From the NCBI GenBank assembly GCA_002633005.1, contig NMRA01000790.1, positions 36,835 through 100,834 of the forward strand: a stretch of 64,000 bases of DNA, given 5' to 3'. This stretch comes from Phoronis australis. Its lineage: Eukaryota; Animalia; Phoronida. Of the stretch, positions 41,101 to 53,100 are shown piece after piece. Below the pieces are notes generated by a model, which did not search any database, was not told the DNA's origin, and saw only the letters and a program-made list of their open reading frames with translations. Every line of letters starts with the position of its first letter. Positions within the stretch are counted from its first letter, which is position 1. The translations under genes were made by a program, and so were the position numbers.

Positions 41101-44100
41101 ATTTGTGACTTGTATATAAATCCGTTCACTTGTCTAATAAAGACAGTCCTCATCTTGCTACTACCAGTTGCTTTACTAGTGTAATTGAGTGAACTACTCT
41201 GTTGTGTTTGCCATATATGGTAATGGTCAGCTGTCTTTAGGCTATGTTTCTGTGAATGACCATTACGCAATCTTGTTTACTACAGAGATCATCAAAACAT
41301 GTGTGGATGCACCGGATGGGTTGGTCGCTGACTCAGCTGACAGCCAAAACAAGTTTCTATAAACAAAAACAATTGTCTAGCAAAGATATAATATCAATAA
41401 GTAATAACACTATCAAACTAATGTGCTAAGGATTATATGCATCATGAATGTCACAGATTTCATGACAGTGTCAGTGACGTGAACGGCGGAGTATCGGCTG
41501 CTTTACACATTCATTGCTTATGTCATATTTGAAGAGTTTACATCGTAATTTATCATTGTATCAATCGTCCTTATTTTTTATTGTTTGCCACAGTGCTGTA
41601 AAAGGTTCGCTATGTCTTTTTGTATGGCATTAGCTGGTTGCTCAAACTCTTCGAAAAAGGCGTTTTCTAAAGGGATGGTCATCGCATACCATCGCCGGGT
41701 TACCCAAGCCTTGGCCCAAAGCTCAGTGTAGATATAGGCCTACAGGTTTAAGCCGATATGGGTAAAAAATGTACAAATAAAATCTGACTCAAATAAATGT
41801 CATTAAAACTAAGTCATCCTTGAGTAAACCTAGGAAACAGGTTCCTAGAGTAAACTAACTTCTGTATTTACCGGTGTTGGAAATGTTAGCGATCGTTCAT
41901 CGGCTGGTGCTAGTAAAATTGTGATGTGTTTTCTTGAGTCGGCTTTTTGCGATTACGTCACCTGACCTTTACCAGTTTCTTTTCCCCCTGATTCTTTTAT
42001 CATGTGTTCGTCGCTGACGGTACCTAGATTGCGTACATGTTATAACAAATTATCGGAGCTTGTTTCATTTTGTTTCAAGTTTTTAGTATTTTTACACCAG
42101 CAAACCGAATTTTAGAACAACCTTGGTGCTGCGAAGCTGTTATGATGTCCCGAAAGACGTCTCAAATTTTTATGAAATGGCGCGTGCGCCGTGTCACGAG
42201 CGTGCTGTTCTTGAAACGGACAACACACTTCTTTGTTAAAAAGGCGGCAAATTATGCTACCAAAGGACGTTTATTTGATTGTTTTCCACTTAAACGGCTG
42301 CAACGAACAATGGAAGTGTCGGGTGACTATATCAGATTTTGCATGCGCCCCCGCCGGTCCGTTAGCTTTATATGTTGATGTAGCCTAAGTTTTACGACGA
42401 GGTGACGAGCATAACTGAGTCAACTATACCCGGGTAGTCAACGGCTGTCTGAAATTTCGGGGTTAACGGAGCTCAACACACAGTGGTACGATAGTCTTCA
42501 TACAGGTACAGTCGGTAACTTACCAACCCTTCAAGTTTACAGAGCTGCCGGAGTATTGGCTGACGACTGGCTGACTGGATGGCTAGAGTCCACATTGCCC
42601 TCGGCACCAGTTGCACCGGCAAAATTTCGTCTGAGGTATCACTTTGTGTTGCCTCGGCTCAAACAGGTATCCCTTGTGACCCGAAATATCACACTAAAAT
42701 TTCTTATTCCGACAATATAAAAAACGATACTTGATTGCACGCTAACACAGGACAGTGACTTTGCCCCCGCCAAATACGTTACGAGACTAAGCAGCGCTCC
42801 AAGCCGGTAATTTTTTGAGCTTTGTTAGAGAATATAAGTTTAATTGTTGGTGTTGAATTATTTGTGAAATTAATCAACAATTCAAAGAAAACTATCCAGA
42901 ATTTATTCAGAATAAAATACAGTTCCCTTTTAATGCTGGGAGTATTAACATATTACGTCATCAGTTGAGGGGGGTGAGTTTTGGAAAAGTTGACGACTTT
43001 TGAATGGGGTAGGTGGGAGGTTAAATTTATGGTGATGTCATCATGTGGTGTATTAGAACATCTCCATCACAGTACACAGGGTCGGGAAACTGGTTCACAT
43101 ATAGCAGAATAAGTCAATTTTTCGAAACCTAGTGTTTGAAGCATCAAAGATTTGATTATATTTCACTAAGCTTATCTTATAAACATGTGCACACTCTCAT
43201 ACATGTATTTTCGCCAAGCCTAGTGTGATCAGATATTTTACTTTCAGAAAATAAAAGTCTTATTCAGTTAAACTATGTAGTTTTGTAAACGATATCTGGA
43301 TAAGTACACGTACTAATCAACAAAGTTCTTTACAAGTCACTTGTTTCGCATACTGCTGGTGTTAATACTGTGGCATTGATGCGTTATCGAGTAAATAAAA
43401 CGACCCCAAAATTTATTGAGAATATCCCTTTCAACTATTTCCCTTAAAGTGGTTTAACCGAATTTGTCAAAAAACATCCATTGTTTTAGATGATTGACTG
43501 ACTATTTTAGCATTTCGATAAAATTCATATTTCAAATAATGTTATTTATGTCGAAAATGTTGTTTTTAGTGGGATTTTTTTGTTATTTTGGCATTTGATA
43601 ATAGCGTGCAACATACAATTATCACATTGATGTCACATTAAATAATTTGCAATTCCAATTTGTAAACATTGGCATTATTGAATTAAATCAAATGGGGATT
43701 TTGAATTGATTATAGACAAATTTGCTAATCCCGGATTGTTACCACCAACTACACCTAACTTGCAACCAAAAACAACATAATCGGCGTGCAAATTCTGAAC
43801 CTTTTCTGAAATATTCAAGGTATCCCTGATCCAAAACTAACATTGGCTACCTGATCAATTGTTCCTTTTGACATAGGTCCTCTATGCATCAGTGTGGCAA
43901 TGTGCCCCTCTGTGATCTTAGATATCATAGTTTGCTACTAATGAAGTGTACTAGGCAGTAGTAAGAGACAAGTTGAATTAGTTTCACAGATATTGAAACA
44001 GTAGCATACACTGCAAACAGAAGATAGTTTGGATTGCAAAATCCAGCCCATTAAAGCCATCCACAGAAAATAAGTGAGCACCGTTACTCCGTAGCTCATA

Positions 44101-47100
44101 TCGCAAAACAGTTGTTTGGTAGAGAAACATATTTTCTTGATGCCTGTGGTCATGTTCACCTCCATGATTGAAAAAATTAAAATGAAAATTTGAAAAGCAT
44201 TGAATATGACTGATTTTGACCTTTTGAGATTTTCACTAATACACAATATTCAGTCATGATTTCACTATCACAATCCGAGAATGAAAACATTACATTGTTC
44301 CAAACTATGCTGATCAAATTTTAATTCATTAACTATTTAATGCATTCTCGTCTTTCATGGTCAGTTACACTGTTGATCTGCCATGCGACTATTAGTTATT
44401 GGGTCATGTGCTTTTTGAAGAAGATGCCTTAGCCAAATATTTAAGTGCTTAAAATTGTCACCCATTGTCCTATCAGTTGCCAAAAAATCTGTTGTGTTGT
44501 ACTCTGAATTGATGTGCATAACTTTTTCTTTATTGGTCTGTACCCAGTGCAAGCCAGAGATGGCTGTTGTGCAGAAAATGTAGACTTGAAACATCTTGTG
44601 TTGCTTTACACTCATAAAAATCCTAAGTGATTCTTAACATTATGGTTCTGACAGGCGAGATAAATTTAGGCAACCACATTGTTGAAATGATCAATGTCCT
44701 GTAGAACTTCTCAAATTCATTACATGTGGCTTTTTTACACTATGATGTTAATTTAAACGTACTTGCAAGCAGAAATTATAGGATATGCTGTCAGTATCTC
44801 ATCATTTGCACAGCATTTAACCGATTAGGGAGATCACCCACATATCCATCTTTGCTCCATACATGATAAACATCGTCCCATTATTTCTCACAGATTAAAA
44901 CAGCTGTTTCGTTTATTGGCAGCTTTGGAAAACACTTCCCAGCTGCTTCAAATCTGCATTTGTCTGCACCACATTGTTTGTATTCCTTTTATTCTGTAGA
45001 ATGGTGAGTCCCCTCTCCACTATGCTTCACGCTCGTGTAATATTGAGGCAGCCAAGTTTCTTGTAGAGAATGGAGCGAGGGTGTCTGTTCTTAACAAGGT
45101 ATGACATACATGTGTATCATCAACAAATAACTTCCCAGTAAAAGCAGAAAAACATCTGAAATAATACGTTATATTATTGGGGCAACAAGAATAATGTATA
45201 TTCTAAGTTGTATTGGGAATTTCAGGGTCACAGATAAATATTTCACAGAAGGAACCAGATGAGTTCCTTAATTACAAGAGATAACACACACATTCCCGAT
45301 ATCCAAAGTATAATTGAGTATCGGATGCTAAGTGGCACAGGTTAGCATAGTACCAAATGGGTACATAATACCAAATGGGTACTGGCCGATTGCCTACCAG
45401 CTGGGTAGAGCAAAACGGCAAATTCAATAACAAGTACCAAGTGGGTACAAACTGCCAAATGGGCTATAACAACCTGCAAAGCAGGGTTCCGGACAAGCTG
45501 AGTGAGCAGACCAGCCGTAGTGATAAAAAGATATTGTAAGGAACGTGGTGTTGTGGCTCAGTATGTGCTGAGAGCTGTGACCGGAGTGGAGAGAAGCAAG
45601 CTACAGTGATGGATGCTCGAGTACAGGTCGGGTCGCTAGCCAATGACGTCGGTTCTTGCCTGACGGTATCACGCTCCGGGCCTGAAGAAGGTACCAGCAG
45701 GGACTGCAAAAACAACAATAACCAACTGAAGATTTTGTTCGACAAAAGGGAGAGAGTGTGGGAAAGGTATGAATCGGTGGATTTTAGATTTCGTGGTACC
45801 CAGGGTAGGGAGGGTGGGGGAAGTATAAAATTGTCTAATTAGGAAAACTTACGAGTGAACGTACTTTTGCTTGAGGCTGGGCCAACAGGAAGCTGGAGAG
45901 AAAGAACAAACAGCACTACCATCGGACTTGGTAGGAACTAACTAGGAGTTGGATATGAAGCATGAAGGACTCTATAATGTTATTTGCCCAAATAATAGGA
46001 TTTATGTCAGAGTGCCATCAATCTCTTTAAATAACCTATGCCTGTGTTGCTGACAGTCTTGCGTCAATGTTAAACATATGTAATCTTTCTTTTTGTGCTT
46101 AGTAAGAGTAACTGCACACAGTATATTATCAACATACATAAAATAATTTGTTTTGTAGGCCGGGGAAAGTGCTGACTGTGTTTGTGGACGTATACCCCAA
46201 TCTTGGCCCTTGAGGGTTTTTAGGCGTGGTGACATTGAGTCAATGAAAGCCTACTTAAAGGTAAAATTATATCAAATAGATCTAATTTACTTCCGTTTTA
46301 GATGTGTAACTCATTTGCTGGACGAACGAATTAGTTTGCTTTGATTCAGATGTCTGTAAACGGTGGTGCATAATGATGCCCTTACTTTACAAATCGAACA
46401 GTGTTACACTGTCAGTTGCATATAAAGTGCATTAATTGTGACATCGGCTTCAACCTCAAGCAAGACTGACCTATCTTGATTCCCCCATTTAAATTGTGAA
46501 TAACCAAGGGCTTCAGTTACTTCAGCTGCTCCCAGGTCCGCAACTTTTCACTCCAGGTAGCCACAATAAGCTACCACTGGATCGCTACATTTTTCGGTCA
46601 ACTGCTTTGGAGACTTTGGATAACCCCATAACGTGAACTTGAGTTTGGTTCGATACGCAAATGCATTGGAATTAGCCTGTTTATAGAAGAACATATTTAT
46701 TGGCATGACATCCAAATATTGTTGTGAGTTCATTTCTCATTCTTCAATCAATTAATGGAAGAAATTATTGGAGAATTGTGTGGAATTCCAGACAGTACTG
46801 CAACGTGAACAGCAAGAGCAACAACAACAACAACAACAACAACAAAAGCTGGAGCACAATCTTGCTGATGCCGCTGAAAAGCTGCTAATGCATAAACGAC
46901 CAGATTGCGATGAAAGAGTTACTCGCGTGAGCTTCTCTTTGGAGCATAGTCAAGGCAACTCTGAATGTAAAGTAAAGAATTTGAAGTTCTTGTCTTCGGG
47001 TAATAATGCGTTATATGTATATTTATTTAACACATTTTCTACCGTTTGAAGTGTTATAATAATCGTTTTTAACACATCGCCGTCCAACCCAAAGCTTGTA

Positions 47101-50100
47101 CTGTGCATGATGAGTATATCCAAAGTGAGTTAAATTTATCCAACATATGTATGAGGACAATAACTGAAAATCTGCATCATTTAATTTAAAAATAGACAAT
47201 TGGAAACTGAGAAATATCACAATGCATAAGATCTAAGAACATATTGAACTTTAGAAATGTGAATTATGACTCAAATGTTGTCAAATGCCTTATATTCCTG
47301 TCCCATTTTTCGAAATAAGGGGAAGTAATGGCGAAACAGTTGGATGACTGTACATTTAATTTTTGTTTTCACTATCAGAGGTACTACAATATTGGTTACA
47401 TGTAATACTACAATTACAAATATTGTCCTCAAGCGTAAAGCAGGGACCAGGCAGTGTAACTTAGGCGGTCATAAATGTTTACTGGAATAAATCTAATACC
47501 GTAAAAATAAAAGAGAAATAATAGTGTATCTACTGTAACAATGATAAATCTTCAGAGAATTAATCTACTACAGTGTATAAGTATAGAACATGAAATGATA
47601 AATCCAGATTTATTTTTGTTATAGTAGATACACAAATACGAATGTTTAAGTTTTAAGTTAGGGTTGCAAGATATGGTAAAGATTAAATAAAACTAACTTA
47701 GTGAGTCGGATTAGTTCGGAAATTGATGTTGAATTTCCTCTTTTTTGTTTTTATTCATTTGCATTACCAGTAAATGTTTGATGAGCTTTAAAACATGATG
47801 ATTACTGTTGATATCAACAATAAGATGTGAATGTCCCGACTGTAGCAAAGGCCGCAAAGTCAAGCTTACATGTATGCGCTCAACCCTAGTTGTAACGGTA
47901 GATTAATGCCTACATGGCTGTCCGATTTGTCTCCGTTTACGGTCACGCCTTTCGAGACCGTAGAGAGACCGGATAAGAAGTCTAAAAATTCGAAGACTGT
48001 AATAGAAAACGTCACAAGTGAACGAGCTCACAATCAAGACGAAGTGATGGGAAGTACATGTATGAAATAGGGAGTGATCAAGTTAATAACTTTAGAGAAA
48101 ATTGAGATGATTGCAACCAAACCTAGTAACGTAACAGTAAAGGGTTCCATTTTAAAGCAGCTGTGCTGGTATTTGGTGTGCCGACAACACACCATTAGAA
48201 GGCGTGCCAACCACGAACATTGAAGCCACGAGTCTCAGAGATGACTCACTCTTAGATTCTATAGTCAGTGTGGCAAAGGACTCCGTAGTGTATAAACCTA
48301 TTTACTATTATTTCCGTATTATATGTAGTTATCATCTTCCTACAAGCAATATACGTGTTATACCAGTTTACTGTGTTACTACCTACACAACAGTATTGGT
48401 GACTTAGTTGTCACAAATGTTTGGTTTGTTTTATCGTGAAATAGTTTGTGATGTATAGTCTGTTTGTTAAAATTCAATGAACTTGAGCTATAATTTTATC
48501 TAACTGTTCAATGTTCCCTCTCATTATTTTGCCAAAGTCCCATGTCCATGCAGTAAAAAAAATCTTTCATATAATTTTTTACCAGTTAAGAAAGCCATTT
48601 TCAGCTCCTTGTTGCTATGCCGTTTGCAAATCAATGACAACGTCTTCTTAAACTATCCACAAAATATTCCAACTGGCGTTGGAAAATTTGGGTATACTTA
48701 TCAGAGGTCACGATAATTCTCCTTGTTGTATAAATCCAAGGAAGTTGATGGGAAGGAAGCAACTACATTCCGTTAATAAAGCTTGGCAGGTGTTTTCATT
48801 CCAGCTCGACCATCAACCGTCATTAGTGGCGGCCCACAGCGTCAACTGGGAAAAGAATCCAACCAAATGTATGCGACGTTTCACGCTTCACTTGTAACTG
48901 AAGCATCAGCCGTGGCCAGAATCAAGTGGTCCAATGGCTTTGTCGGTACTGGTTGGCTTGTTGGAACAAAGCAGAGAAAGTTTCTACTTACAAACTTGCA
49001 TGTTGTAGACGAACCTCCTGCAACTAGCCGAGGTAAAAAGTATTCATAGGTCCTCCACAAGTTCATGACGCTCTTTAGAAGCAACATTAAGCCTGTTTTT
49101 TCATACGTTATGCTGCTTAAATCAAAACTGGCTTTTGTAAGAAAAGATGGGTTAAAAGCCCCTTTAGTAATACAGTAAGAGTACTTTAGCCCGGCGTTCA
49201 ATGTACATGTAAACAAAGTTTGTCAATGTAATATTTATAGGGGCGTATCCTTAGAAATTACAGTTCGAGAATAATAGGACAAATAAGTGTCAGTAACCTT
49301 TCTTTACAATTGCTGGTGCATATCGTCACTAACAGGAGTTCTTCCCTTTCTAATGATTCATTCACAGCTCAAGAACAAACCAGACAAGGAGAACGGTGGG
49401 CGGAGTTTGATTTCAATCGTCCCCAGCGACCAACCGACAGTTTACTAACAGTTAGGTTTAAGCCTCCCTTCTTTGGCTGCCCTGTTCTCGATGTTGCCGT
49501 TCTTGAGCTCGACCTTGCTACTTTGATGTCCCATTCTGGGAAGGCTTTGCCTGCACCCATAACACGATTCAAAGTATTGGACCCCAACCACAAGACGGTC
49601 CACCTGGTAGGCCATCCGAAGGGTGACCCAAAAGTCTTGGATATCCAATGCAAGGTCATTCCGCTAGCGGAAATAAACAGAATCGTGAGTATACCCTAGA
49701 CTATACCAGTGCCAAAACAAAGAGTGTTTATTAGGTGCAATGGGTAAACAGTAATGTAGACTGTTGACACAAACATAAGTTTAACAAATTAAAGTGGATA
49801 GAAAAACGCCTTCCATCACACAAACACCTTTTGGCGTATACCCTGGTTTAATTACTAGTATTAAGAAATTGATCTCAAAATTTTGCTTGGTCAAATTCGA
49901 GATGATATCACGCTTTCAAAAGAACTTGCAGGATGTGACCGCTTGAATCCGAGAGAAAAAGTTGACCTGTCATGGCAGTCTCATGGAACAACTTGTTAAA
50001 ACCCGAGTCTCGTAGTTGGTAACTGATTGGCTGGTCAAATTCTCAAGTTGAACACGCAACGCTTTGCACAAACGAACTGGCGTGAGTGATGGAACAATTG

Positions 50101-53100
50101 TTAATGTGGTCTGTTGTACAGACAAACGGTGCTTAAAATTTATGTTTAGGAAATCTGAATCCCAGAAATTGTGGTTCCGCCTTTTCGGAGTGCATCTTTC
50201 TACTGTCAGTGACTTTTGTTTACGATACTGTTATGTATTCGTACAGTATGAATAACACCGCGCCAGTTAAATCGCCCTTTATGTACATGTATGTGCATCA
50301 AGCACGCGGCTATTAAACATTACTGCAGAAATTACAATTGCTGCTACGTCACTTGTATATAACAAGGCTAAAAATCATTCATAGTCCGACATTTTTTCAC
50401 GTTGGTGTAAAGCTAACCAATGACTGCCGAGGTTACACCCCCCAATGCTAAAGCACGTGCTACGTCTGCGTGATACCTGCGTGCTGGCTAGGCACGTAGG
50501 AAACCAGTGAGCCCCTCGCTGCTGCTGTAACCAGCGCCACCAATGCCACCCCGGTCGACTTCAGTATATTCCAGCGTGCTCTGCGACGGGTGTTTAGGGG
50601 TCGCTATACAGTTATTTAGCGCGATAACATGGGATAAATACGACAAAAATGTGTACTTTTGCCGACAAAATAGGAGCAAAAAACGCCGCATGAAGGTGGA
50701 CTTTCTGTAGGGTAGGCTATGGGTCGACGCATTTGAGGTCCTCGTCGCCAGGTACTCCAGCCCCTCATTACTTAGTGCCTGCGTGGAAGAAGTATAGCAA
50801 TTAGCATGCGCATGTTTCAGGCCCTTAAAGGCTATTATATTCAGGTGAAATTGCCCTGTATCTATATATTTGCATACATCCAAACATGCATCTGATGTTC
50901 TGTCACTAGATCATCTTTGTCTATGGTTGAATCGCTCACCACAATAAGGGTCTGAGGTTGAATGCGTCGGATGTAAATGATGCAGTCCGGCACTAGAGGC
51001 GCTGCTTCAACTGAGTACGAAACCCAGTAAATTCGCCTGTTCACTAACTTATGTGTCAAGTGTTTAAGATTGAATACACCGGATGTAAGTAATGCAGTTG
51101 CTAGAGGTGTTGTTTCAACTAACGACCGATAAAAAGTCTTCGCAGTAATTTAAAACACAGTCAGGTGTTTACACCCGTGCAACTGTAAGACAGAATGCAT
51201 GCATACAAAGGATTTGTTCCCATTAAATTGTTTTTTTTTTGTACTGCAAAAATTGGTCTGCTGGCATTAGTCCTGTGGTTTTCGGTCCTGTTGTTTATAT
51301 ATTTTGTTACAGTTGCCCGTTATTTAGTTGTTACAGCGCCCCTAGCGAGTGAACCGTTTGCATCCGATGCATTCAAATATTTGACCCTGTCCGTCTTACA
51401 TGTTATTTAGGTGATAGAGTATGAGTGCATCATTTACATCCGATGCATCCAAAGTTGAGACCTTGACCATCTTACGAGGCCGCTGATTAGTAGATACAGC
51501 GCTCTAGAGATGATCCTACCGTTACAAAATAGACGACTGCATCGTTTACATAGCTAGAAACTATCACCCATCGGATATATATCACCTTTGAAGATACATG
51601 AACATGTAAAACTGACATTGCCTCTCAAATATGCGGGATCCTGCCCCAAACTCATCGTTCTGTATGTGTTGCTAAACTGCCTGAGAATTCCAATTAATCT
51701 TTAGCCACTACTGTTAAGGGGAATTTCCTTGGCATCAGTGCTCTCAGTTATAAACCGTGAGTGTTCACAGTCCAGATTAATTCTTTATTGGTCCGCCCAA
51801 CTTAGTTGATTGCACAGAACCCTTTTATTACTCGCTCATTAACTTTCTGTTACAAACATCGTGTTGCATAGTCACTATCAATGACTGATTGTATATTTTA
51901 CACAAATAGACCTACAGTACATTCATGTGATAATTGACAGTGAATGAACACGAATACACTGTACCTATAACTCGTCAGTGAGTGGCTGGGGCAGCCTAGG
52001 GGCTGCTTTCACTTTAAAGCATTTGAAAGTGGAAACAAAATGAGAATGGGTTGTTTAATAGTGATTTCATTTTGGTTTTAAAATTAAAACACGTCATATT
52101 TTACAAATTATTTTACTTTCAAAAGTTTCAAAATTGTTTTACATCGGATTTTCTTTTTATATTCATTTTACGTTTAGTTTGTTTTTCCTTTTTAAAAACA
52201 AAACATCTTCAAAATTGTTTTCTATCAGATTTTCCTTTTTTACATATTTTACTTTTAAAATAATTTTCTCTTCGTTCAAGAAAACAAATTGTTTTCTGGG
52301 CAGTTAAATTAAATTAAGCTTGTTAGTGGTGGGCCACAACATAGGTCACGATCAATGCATATCGGTTGTGCTTCAAATTGACTTCTCATGCGTGTCAGTC
52401 AATTGCGTAGCCAAACTCTGCAGTTTTAGCCTTACTTACCAGATAAATTATTTAGTATTATGGACCGTTCCAACAAAACTGACTTAGCTGAAACAAATCT
52501 TAAATTTTGGTAAGTTTTAAGATAAAATTTAAATTTGTCTCATGACCGTTTTGAAAAAGAGATCTTAAGTTTGACGAATTGTTTGATATCGGTTTTGTCT
52601 TAAATTTGATTATCTTTTCCTATGTGGAAGTCTCACAGTTTTTTTATAATCACCTAGGGAAACTATAGGCAAACGTACAAATACTGAATATCACAATTTG
52701 AAAAACGTGCTAATGAGAATTAACTGTCCATCCACAAGAGCACCAAAAGGTCGACTCTAGGGTGACCGACTCAGATCTTGAAAAAGTGTGTTCATACTTC
52801 TCCGTGAGATATGTTCAAAATGTTTGTTTGAAATTTGCTTTCGGGCCATTATTTTTTAAATTCGTGCGTCATGACTATTTTTGCCGTAATTAGTTCAGAA
52901 AGGTTCAGTCAGTGAAGTTATTTTAAAATCAGTCGACCTCGAGTTTTAAAGAATTCGAATACTGCTGGCATCCTGGTGGCAATTTTTATTTCATAGGTGA
53001 AATTTCATGAACTTTGGCCAAGATGTTTCCATCGAGGAAACGGCGGCACCTGCATGCTTGAAAATGACGTTTCGATATTGATATGTTATTCTGTTATGAT

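Noticed and set aside
41610-41690. THAP-like start MSFCMALAGCSNSSK
   Set aside because: The rest of the THAP signature is absent; at most a decayed transposon fragment.
47846-48407. Possible extra linker exons (ORFs 47870-48070 and 48204-48407)
   Set aside because: No recognisable motif, weak splice signals, and not needed since 46999 joins 48790 in phase; cannot be excluded without transcripts.
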